64,000 bases of DNA from contig JAIKVL010000033.1 in the NCBI GenBank assembly GCA_024685775.1, forward strand, positions 7,908-71,907, read 5' to 3'. Every line of letters begins with the position of its first letter. Position 1 is the stretch's first letter. This DNA comes from Clostridia bacterium (GTDB taxonomy: Bacteria > Bacillota > Clostridia > Christensenellales > CAG-1252). Both the position numbers and the translations under genes were made by a program. This document shows positions 1 through 7,313 of the stretch, piece after piece. Under the pieces are notes generated by a model. That model was not told the origin of the DNA. It saw only the letters and a list, made by a program, of their open reading frames with translations, and ran no database searches.

Positions 1-2341
1 CCATACCCGACCCACTTACGGTACAATTCGTAAGATTACTCGTTGCGCTCGGATTAGTGGCTCCGATAAGTCCGCCTACGCCGCCTTTGTATCCATAAAT
101 CAAAAACCGATCGTTTGAGCAATTCGTCATTGTCAAGCTGGCGCCCGAGGCAACGTAACCGACGATTCCGCCCACATGACCGCCGTAAGAAGTTAGTCTT
201 TTCTTGGCGGATTTAACAGATACATTTCTCAGCGTAACAGATCCCAAAACGTGCCCAATGACACCGCCGACCTTTGCGCTGTCGTTATCATTATTTAAAC
301 CTCTATCGTCGGAATACTGAATTGTCAAGTTGTTGATCGTCGCAGTGTTCAACCGACGGAAAAAGCCCCACTCGCTTCGATTCGTCTTAGCAAAACTATT
401 GATCGTGATCGTGTGGGAACCGCCCTCAAAGACCGCGCCGTTATTAAGCTCCCAAATGCCCCACCATCTATTAAGCGTCAAATCATTTTGCAATTCATAA
501 TAAGCTCCGCGGAAGCGCACGTATAAACCGGTGCCATTCGCGTTATAATCCATTTCCACACCGCCGACAACGGAATTCGCTTGCGCTTGGTTGTAAATGC
601 GATATCTTGACGTACCGCTTCCGAGACCGACCGGCATCGGACAGCCTTTCGGAATGGGAATCCCGTTTTTGGGGAAATACCAATACGTAGTGCTGTACGG
701 GCTGGAAACGGTGGCAGTGGTGAGACCGTTGGTGGAAAGAATCGTCGGAGGATTGTAATAAAGGTAAGAAGTGTTATCGCATATGGAAAGCTTTGTATTC
801 TCCGTCGAGACAATACAAGTCCCGTTGTGACTGGAATAGGCGGGGCCTTCCCCCGGCTCAATGAGATACTGAACGGTTGTGTTTCCGACTTTGCAGCTCC
901 CCGTCTTGCAGAACAGATTGGTGTTGCTATCCATATAGTCGGTCTTTCCCGCAAGAGTGGAAATGTCGTAGCCGCTGACGCCGCTCGTACACGTGATGTT
1001 ACCCGCGAAATAACATTCGTCGATACACATCCAATTGGAATTCTGTCCTCCGATCATCTGCCCGCAAATGCCGCCGATATAATCGCAGCTCGAACCGCCC
1101 GTTATCTTCATTGCGCTGCCGCAGCGCTGGATCGCCACCCTGCCATAGTGCGTGATATCGGTATGACCGCAAATGCCGCCCGCGTTTTTCAGGACTTTTC
1201 CCGAGGCGTTTATTTCCCCCGTGCTGTAACACTGCGTGATCGACGTATAATCGGTTTTGTTACTGTTTGAGTCGTTTATTCCCGACCACCCGACGACGCC
1301 GCCGATTCCGTCCTTTGTGTAATCGTTATCGACGGTGATCTTCATATGCGAATAGACGTTGGTCACAAAAACGTGATCTTTCATCCAACCGACCAAACCG
1401 CCGACGAATCTGTTGGAGGATTCGTTTACCTTAATCTCTCCGAAAATCGAAAGTCCTCCGATTCCCGAGCAGTAGGCATTGCCATCACCAAGTTCTGAGA
1501 GATAACCGAAAAGCCCGACCGATTCCAAAGCAAGGTTATCGATATACATTCCGGTGATCGAATAACCGCCGCCGCTGAATCTGCCCTTGAACGGATGGCT
1601 TGACGATCCGATCGGAACATCCCAATAGTGATCTTCGAGATCGAGGTTATTGGCGAGTTGAAAGCACCCGCTCGTAAAAGACGTATTGCCTATGTCTTTT
1701 CCGGCATTGATGCGATACGCCATACTCGCGAGTTGCTCCTCGGATCTAATGAGCCAAGGATCCGAATACGTTCCGCTACCGCCGCCATACTTAAACTTCC
1801 CGGAATCGACGCCGTCGCCGGACGCTCTATGCCCACTCCAATTCTCCGAAATCGCCGCTTTCGCCGTTTCGACGGTCGGACTGACGAGCTTTACGTTATC
1901 GTACAAGCCGAGGAGCACGATCGCAAAGACCGCGATCAAAAGAATCGGGACGAGGATCGCTTTGAAAAGAGAAGGCTTTTTCGCTCTATCCGCCGCGCTT
2001 ACGCTTTCGCCGCGCTTCGCAGAAGATTCGCATTGCGACGGAGCCGCACCGCGAGCCTGCCGAAGGATTTTACTTGATTTCATAGTTTCGTCATTCTGCG
2101 CGAAGCGAAGAATCTCATCCGCTTTCATAGTTTCGTCATTCTGCGCGGAGCGAAGAATCTCATCCGCTTTCATAGCTTCGTCATGTTGCACCGAAGGTCC
2201 GCGTAGAGGCGAAGCTTCATAGCGAGCCTGTCGAAACATCTCATCCGCTTTCGAAAGAGAAGAGGCGCCGCGACGCTCACGATCGAGCCCCACGCGCTTT
2301 ACTGCGTATTCGCCGTTTTTATTCGGTTTCGCGCATTTCAT
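1..2341 (-). CDS. GLUG-motif cell-surface protein, 5' part only (gene continues past the left edge)
   Basis: The gene is edge-truncated and therefore absent from the ORF track. By hand translation of the reverse strand, ATG 2341 is preceded by AAGGAG with a 7 nt spacer, and an in-frame alternative ATG lies at 2083. The translation gives a TM anchor LFKAILVPILLIAVFAIVLLGL. It then reads HPFKGRFSGGGYSITGMYI, VGLFGYL, FVGGLVGW ... GGIVGYVASG, GGVGGLIGA, which is the GLUG-type repeat pattern of large adhesin/IgA-protease-like proteins. The frame at positions 2-4 agrees with the frame at 2083/2341. The middle was not translated codon by codon. Confidence 0.7.
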   Translation of the reverse strand, partial: MKCAKPNKNGEYAVKRVGLDRERRGASSLSKADEMFRQARYEASPLRGPSVQHDEAMKADEILRSAQNDETMKADEILRFAQNDETMKSSKILRQARGAAPSQCESSAKRGESVSAADRAKKPSLFKAILVPILLIAVFAIVLLGLYDNVKLVSPTVETAKAAISENWSGHRASGDGVDSGKFKYGGGSGTYSDPWLIRSEEQLASMAYRINAGKDIGNTSFTSGCFQLANNLDLEDHYWDVPIGSSSHPFKGRFSGGGYSITGMYIDNLALESVGLFGYLSELGDGNAYCSGIGGLSIFGEIKVNESSNRFVGGLVGWMKDHVFVTNVYSHMKITVDNDYTKDGIGGVVGWSGINDSNSNKTDYTSITQCYSTGEINASGKVLKNAGGICGHTDITHYGRVAIQRCGSAMKITGGSSCDYIGGICGQMIGGQNSNWMCIDECYFAGNITCTSGVSGYDISTLAGKTDYMDSNTNLFCKTGSCKVGNTTVQYLIEPGEGPAYSSHNGTCIVSTENTKLSICDNTSYLYYNPPTILSTNGLTTATVSSPYSTTYWYFPKNGIPIPKGCPMPVGLGSGTSRYRIYNQAQANSVVGGVEMDYNANGTGLYVRFRGAYYELQNDLTLNRWWGIWELNNGAVFEGGSHTITINSFAKTNRSEWGFFRRLNTATINNLTIQYSDDRGLNNDNDSAKVGGVIGHVLGSVTLRNVSVKSAKKRLTSYGGHVGGIVGYVASGASLTMTNCSNDRFLIYGYKGGVGGLIGATNPSATSNLTNCTVSGSGM
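2081..2170 (+). repeat. Two tandem 45-bp copies of a hairpin repeat (GTC-ATTCT-GCGCGAAGCGA-AGAAT-CTCATCC) inside the 5' end of the GLUG ORF
   Basis: 2081-2125 and 2126-2170 are nearly identical, and a longer variant (arms ATGTT/AACAT) follows at about 2171-2250. In the reverse coding frame they read MKADEILR(S/F)AQNDET twice. Confidence 0.85.
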
Positions 2342-3778
2342 AGTCAAACTCCTTTTTTCTTTGCCGCCCGCAAGCGGCGCGTTGGTTACCGTTTTTCTTT
2401 CGCCCGTTATCGGCGGGCTGCTCTTTTACTAATTCGTCATCCTGAGCTGCGAGAGTATCGAGCGCGCCGAAGGATCTTATCCGCATTACACTTTCGTCAT
2501 CCTGAGCTGCGAGAGTATCGAGCGCGCCGAAGGATCTTATCCATTTCTCGTCGCTTCTTGCCGCTTCTTGCCGCTTCGCCTTAGGGGATTCCTCGACGAC
2601 GGCGCTTTTGCGCCTACTCGGAATGACGTGCCTTTTTTCATTCGTCATGTCGAGCAAAGTCGAGACATCTCATCCGCGAAACCCTGCTTTCTCAACCCGC
2701 CTTGCGGCGGTAAACAGGTAATCGGCGATTTCTCCGCTCCGCTTCGCTTCGGTCGAAATGACAATGTTGCTTTCCTGCGCAGTTTCTTTATTTGTCATCC
2801 TGCACCGAAGGTCCGCGTAGAGGCAAAGCCTCATAGCGAGCCTGTCGAAGGATCTCATCCGCGAAGCCTGTTTCTCGAAGCCTCTCACACGCGAGCGTGT
2901 GCGGGCGCATCGCCTGCAAACGCGAAAGCCGCTACAAGAGAGAACGGAAAATTCCGAGTCCTTGCGCGGTCGCTGCTTTTCATATACCGATTTCGAGGCG
3001 GGGACGCCGCCCGCATTGAGAGCCGCCGCTCTTTTTATTTTATAAAAAGGGAGCCGCATTTCTCGCCGCATTTATATAATAATATATAGCGCGCCCGATT
3101 TCAATACCCCTCGCGAAATTTCTCCGATTTTTTGCCGATTTGTAAGCATCGCTTTGCAAAAATAGCGGGGTTTGTAATAGTTTTTTAACGAAATTTTCAG
3201 AAATATTAAGAAAATTTAATCATTGAGAGGAACCGAAACACCCCCCGCGGGAAGCCGAACCCCCTTAAACCAAACGCCGAATCAAAGCGAGTAATCGGCG
3301 ATTTCTCGACAAGCTCGAAATGACATTGGAACTTTGCCTGCGCAGACACTTTCTGTTCCGTCATCCCGAGGAATTCGAGGGATCGCCTTGCATTCTCCCC
3401 CCGCAAAGCCATGCTTTTTCAACCCGCCTTGCGGCGGTAAGCAGTAATCGGCGATTTCTCCGCTCCGCTTCGCTTCGGTCGAAATGACAAGATAGGCTTA
3501 GTCCGTGCTGTCATTTTCTTTTTTGTCATCCTGAGCCGCCGTCAGGCGCGCCGAAGGATCGCCTTGTACCGCCACCCGCAAAGTCCTGCTTCTCCGTCCG
3601 CCCTTCGGCGGTAAGCAGTAATCGGCGATTTCTCGACAAGCTCGAAATGACATTGGAACTTTGCCTGCGCAGACACTTTCTGTTCCGTCTTCCCGAGGAA
3701 TTCGAAGGATCGCCCTGTACCGTTACCCGCAAAGCCGCGCCTTCAAAAATTGCAAGCATTATTCGCACATTACAAGAA
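2342..3778 (+). repeat. Intergenic array of modular hairpin repeats, left of the GIY-YIG gene
   Basis: There are repeated modules, all in the same orientation. H1 is CCGCC-loop-GGCGG. L is GCG-ATTTC...GAAAT-GACA (copies starting at 2719, 3292, 3445, 3619). M is the inverted repeat ATGACA...TGTCAT around a 25-35 nt spacer that often carries CTGCGCAG. R is GTC-ATCCT...AGGAT-C with variants. A 50-bp identical core occurs twice with a 60-bp period (2433-2482 and 2493-2542). An AT-rich island with promoter-like hexamers lies at about 3040-3230. Confidence 0.85.
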
Positions 3779-4072
3779 TTAGTCTTCTTCCGTAAACGTT
3801 TCGGATAAATCCTTCCAAAACGGATTATTTTCATTGATAAGAGCGACTTTTTTCTCGCGACGCCAGCCTTTCAGTTGCTTCTCCCTCGAAATGGCGGCAT
3901 ACGCATCGCCGCAGGATTCCGCATACACGAGTTTATGAACGGCGTAACGCTTGGTAAACCCCTCGATCGCGCCGCTTTTATGCTCCGCAATACGACGAAT
4001 CAGATCATTCGTCACCCCGATATAAAGCGTTCGATTGTTTTCACTTGCCAAGATATAGACGTAATAATTCAT
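3779..4072 (-). CDS. GIY-YIG nuclease family protein (small UPF0213/YhbQ-SLX1-like type)
   Basis: The translation MNYYVYILASENNRTLYIGVTNDLIRRIAEHKSG...KRYAVHKLVYAE...AISREKQLKGWRREKK carries the GIY/YIG, Arg and Glu motifs of the family. ATG 4072 follows a purine-rich GGTGGGGAAGAAA. The ORF track starts 12 nt upstream at GTG 4084. Confidence 0.85.
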   Translation of the reverse strand: MNYYVYILASENNRTLYIGVTNDLIRRIAEHKSGAIEGFTKRYAVHKLVYAESCGDAYAAISREKQLKGWRREKKVALINENNPFWKDLSETFTEED

Positions 4073-4626
4073 TTTCTTCCCCACCCGCCCTGCGGCGGTA
4101 AACAGTAATCGGCGATTTCTCCGCTCCGCTTCGCTTCGGTCGAAATGACATGTAGCTTTCCTGCGCAGTTTCTTTATTTGTCATCCTGAGCCGCGAGAAC
4201 ATCGAGCGTGCCGAAGGATCGCCTTGTACTTTCGACCCGCAAAACCCTGCTTCTCATCCCGCTCTTTGAGCGGTAAACAGGTAATCGGCGATTTCTCGAC
4301 AAGTTCGAAATGACATTAAAACTATGCCTGCGCAGACAAATTCTATTCCGTCATCCCGAGGAATTCGAGGGATCGCCTTGTACATCGACCCGCAAAGCCA
4401 TGCTTCTCCGTCCGCCCTATGAGCGGTAAGCAGGTAATCGGCGATTTCTCCGCTCCGCTTCGCTTCGGTCGAAATGACAAGATAGGCTTAGTCCGTGCTG
4501 TGACTTCCTCTTTTGTCATCCTGAGCCACGAAAGTATCGAGCGTGTCGAAGGATCGCCTTGTACTCTCACCCGCGAAGCTCTGCCTCTCCGTCCGTGCTA
4601 CGGGCGCTATTTGATCTTATGCGATT
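4073..4626 (+). repeat. Intergenic array of the same modular hairpin repeats, right of the GIY-YIG gene
   Basis: Three head-to-tail H1-L-M-R units have L modules starting at 4106, 4282 and 4435 (spacing 176 and 153 bp). This mirrors the 153/174 bp spacing left of the gene. The H1 variant CCGCTC-TTT-GAGCGG at 4259-4273 shows compensatory changes. Confidence 0.85.
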
Positions 4627-6789
4627 TTATGCAATGGTATAGGAGAAATACGTAATCAACCCATCAAACGACACCGACGCGTAGAACGTCCCCTTTTCGG
4701 AGGAGTCGTAGCCGCCGATCATATCGTAGGTCAAAAAGACGGGCGTCGAAGAGCCGTCGGAATAGTTTGCGTAAAGGACGTAGCCGGAAATATCGAGCCC
4801 TTCGCCGACCGCGAAGGTCGTCTTGCCGCCCGATGTATCCACCCAAATTCCGCTCAAAGTGATTTCCTGCATACGGACGACGACCCAGCCGAAATCGCTG
4901 AATCCTAGGTAAGAAACGCGGATAACGTAGCTATCCGGAACGTTTGGATCGAAGGCAGGGTCATCGAAAGAGTACGTTGCACCGAGAGGGATTAACGCCG
5001 CAAGCGTCTTTTCCTCCTGCCGCTTTCCGCCCTCGTAATCGAGGACGACGACGCATTTTTCGGGATCGAACGCTTCGCCGACGTCATACTCCTGCATTTT
5101 GATCGAAAGCCCCGTTATGCCGAGGACGGTGTCGTCCGCGACGTTTACGTTATATTCGAGCGACTTGCCTTTATAGCGGATCGTGATGCGCTGCGAGCCC
5201 ACGACGCCCGGAGAAAAACCTTCGATCGAGACGGCGGCATTCGATAAAAGGACGCTGCCCGTCCGCGCGCCGTAACCGAATTCGAGCGTCAGCCGCGCGC
5301 CCGAGGGGATGACGAGCGCAGGCGAGGTCTTATAGGTCTTATCTTCCCATCCGGTCAAGCCCGTTATTGCCGTCAAAACGTCGGAATCATCGGGCGAAAC
5401 GACGGTTACGGACTGCGTCGCCGAAAAGCCTTGATAGGTCAAAGTCAGATCCTGCAATCCGGGCGTGTTCGGGTCGTAACCCGAGACGTATTCCGCAGTC
5501 AACGGGACGCTTTTATGCGAATAACCGTAGCCGTATTCGACCATCAGCGTGTAGTCGCCGAAAGTGAGGGCGTCACCGAGGTAAAGCCGCCCGTCCGCCG
5601 CGCCGCGCCAAAGCGTCGAAAGCCCCGTGATCCGCTTCGAATCCTCGTTTGAGACGACGCGAACGGTCGCGGATTCGGAGATCCCCATATAGGAGATCGT
5701 GAATTCGACTTGCTCACCGGGCGAATCGAACGGTCCTTTGGTAACGACCATTTCTTCCGTCAGCGCCACGCGCACCGAACCCGTGTAATATCGGTACTTA
5801 ACGCTTAAAAATGCCTCTTCGAGATCGGGCTTTTCGCCGACTTTATAGACGCGCTTCGGCAAAATCAGCTCCATATTTTCGATCGCGTACTGCTCGCCTT
5901 TCAGATACGCTTCTGCGTTGAAAACGAAGGTTTTTCCGCGATAAGATAGTTCCAAAGTCGTCTGGTAATTTTCCGCTCGCTCTTCGAGCCAAGAAGTCTT
6001 GATCTCGACGTATTCGTTATAAATCGAGACGTTTTCCGTCGTCAGATCGGTGTAGGTGACGAGGATGGTCCCGTTTCCCATAACGTTCTCTTTGGTCAGC
6101 GGCGCGCCCTGCTCCGCATAGAGTTTTCCCGCCGCTTCAAGGGATTTTATGACCTTCATTACCGTGTAACGGTAAACGCAGGAAATCGAGCCTCGGAAAG
6201 TCACCGTCGCTTCATATTCCCCGCTCTTCGCGCTGTCGAATCCCGAGATCATATCGGGCGTAATCGGGAAGGATCGGAAGGGCTTATCTTTATATGACAA
6301 GTCCAATATTCCACCTGTGGAAATAGCTTCGTTCGGCTCGTATTCCGTCTTCATACTGCCGACCCGTACCGAACATTCGGTTTCTTCCAACGAGACGACG
6401 AGGACGGTCGCGGGGATCGAACGATTTTTATAAGTGACCGTAACGTCCTTTTCGCCCCGCTCCTGTGTGTCGAACGGCGAAAGCATATAAGGCTTTACTT
6501 CGACGCGCGTTTTCTTCCCGGATCGCCGCGTAACGACGAGGAAAAGCCCGCCGTCATACTCTTCTCCCGCGAGGAGGACGGCGCCGCCTTCGGCGGTCAC
6601 GCTCTTGATCGGGAGCGTCAAGCCGAGCGAAAGCCCCAGCGCCAAAACGACGAGAAAAGCGCAGATTATCGCGATCGCGACGATCTTTTGCTTCGCCGTC
6701 CAAGCGGCGAAGAACTCTTTGATTTTTATCAGCTTTTCCCGTATTTTCATTTCAGTCCGTTTTACTCTTTTGCTCCGATTTCTCAGCAT
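4627..6789 (-). CDS. Membrane-anchored envelope protein made of bacterial Ig-like (Big_3-like) repeats
   Basis: This is a 720-aa ORF with an N-terminal TM (IVAIAIICAFLVVLALGLSLGL). It has repeated ~85-aa units ending in G(F/Y)DS..G.y...V.Y.G.s....V.V, for example SGFDSAKSGEYEATVTFRG and SGYDPNTPGLQDLTLTYQGFSATQSVTVV. The start is uncertain (ATG 6789 or 6750). Confidence 0.8.
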   Translation of the reverse strand: MLRNRSKRVKRTEMKIREKLIKIKEFFAAWTAKQKIVAIAIICAFLVVLALGLSLGLTLPIKSVTAEGGAVLLAGEEYDGGLFLVVTRRSGKKTRVEVKPYMLSPFDTQERGEKDVTVTYKNRSIPATVLVVSLEETECSVRVGSMKTEYEPNEAISTGGILDLSYKDKPFRSFPITPDMISGFDSAKSGEYEATVTFRGSISCVYRYTVMKVIKSLEAAGKLYAEQGAPLTKENVMGNGTILVTYTDLTTENVSIYNEYVEIKTSWLEERAENYQTTLELSYRGKTFVFNAEAYLKGEQYAIENMELILPKRVYKVGEKPDLEEAFLSVKYRYYTGSVRVALTEEMVVTKGPFDSPGEQVEFTISYMGISESATVRVVSNEDSKRITGLSTLWRGAADGRLYLGDALTFGDYTLMVEYGYGYSHKSVPLTAEYVSGYDPNTPGLQDLTLTYQGFSATQSVTVVSPDDSDVLTAITGLTGWEDKTYKTSPALVIPSGARLTLEFGYGARTGSVLLSNAAVSIEGFSPGVVGSQRITIRYKGKSLEYNVNVADDTVLGITGLSIKMQEYDVGEAFDPEKCVVVLDYEGGKRQEEKTLAALIPLGATYSFDDPAFDPNVPDSYVIRVSYLGFSDFGWVVVRMQEITLSGIWVDTSGGKTTFAVGEGLDISGYVLYANYSDGSSTPVFLTYDMIGGYDSSEKGTFYASVSFDGLITYFSYTIA

Positions 6790-7313
6790 TTTTCGTTAGT
6801 TTTCGCGCGCGCCGCGCGCCTTTTCCCGCTTCACATCAGGGGATCCTTCACTGCGTTCAGGATGACGCATTATTACCCAATTCGTCATGTTGAGCGAAGT
6901 CGAAACATCTCATTATTTCTTGCCGCTTCGCATTAGGGGATTCCTCGACGACGGCGCTTTTGCGCCTGCTCGGAATGACGCGCTTTTTTTCGTTCGTCAT
7001 CCTGAGCCGCGAGAACATCGAGCGTGTCGAAGGATCTCATCCGCTTCCTCCATTTCGTCATCCTGAGCCGCCGTTAGGCGTGTCGAAGGATCTCATCCTA
7101 TTCCCGTCCGCCCTGCGGCGGTAAACAGGTAATCGGCGATTTCTCCGCTCCGCTTCGCTTCGGTCGAAATGACATTGTAGTCGGAGTCTGCGCCGTCACT
7201 TTCTTTTTTTGTCATCCTGAGCCGCGAGAGTATCGAGCGAGCCGAAGGATCGCCTTGCACCGCTACCCGCGAAGCCCTGCTTAAACCTTTCCGCTTTCCT
7301 TCCGTAAGCGCCG
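6790..7313 (+). repeat. Third block of the modular hairpin repeats, between the two Ig-repeat genes
   Basis: It contains R-type hairpins at about 6883, 6994, 7054 and 7210, and an L module at 7130. A 62-bp module at 6919-6980 matches 2567-2628 with 2 mismatches. All copies have the same orientation as in 2081-4626. Confidence 0.85.

Noticed and set aside
2400-4620. A CRISPR-like appearance: short conserved repeats separated by ~100-bp less conserved stretches.
   Set aside because: Several different repeat modules are interleaved. Spacing alternates (153/174-176 bp) instead of being uniform. The spacers are themselves repeated between units. The repeats form internal hairpins with variable arms. 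No cas genes are present. I called it a modular hairpin-repeat array instead.
2319-4655. ORF-track entries inside the repeat blocks: 2319-2657, 2568-3089, 2670-3071, 3206-3412, 3526-3834, 3875-4108, 4343-4570 and 4419-4655. Entries 6605-6799 and 6688-6936 are similar cases.
   Set aside because: They are translations of the repeat elements on either strand (for example ...VIGDFSAPLRFGRNDK..., ...LSFRPKRSGAEKSPI...). They overlap one another, lack ribosome-binding sites and have repeat-driven composition. Only the GIY-YIG ORF in this region looks like a gene.
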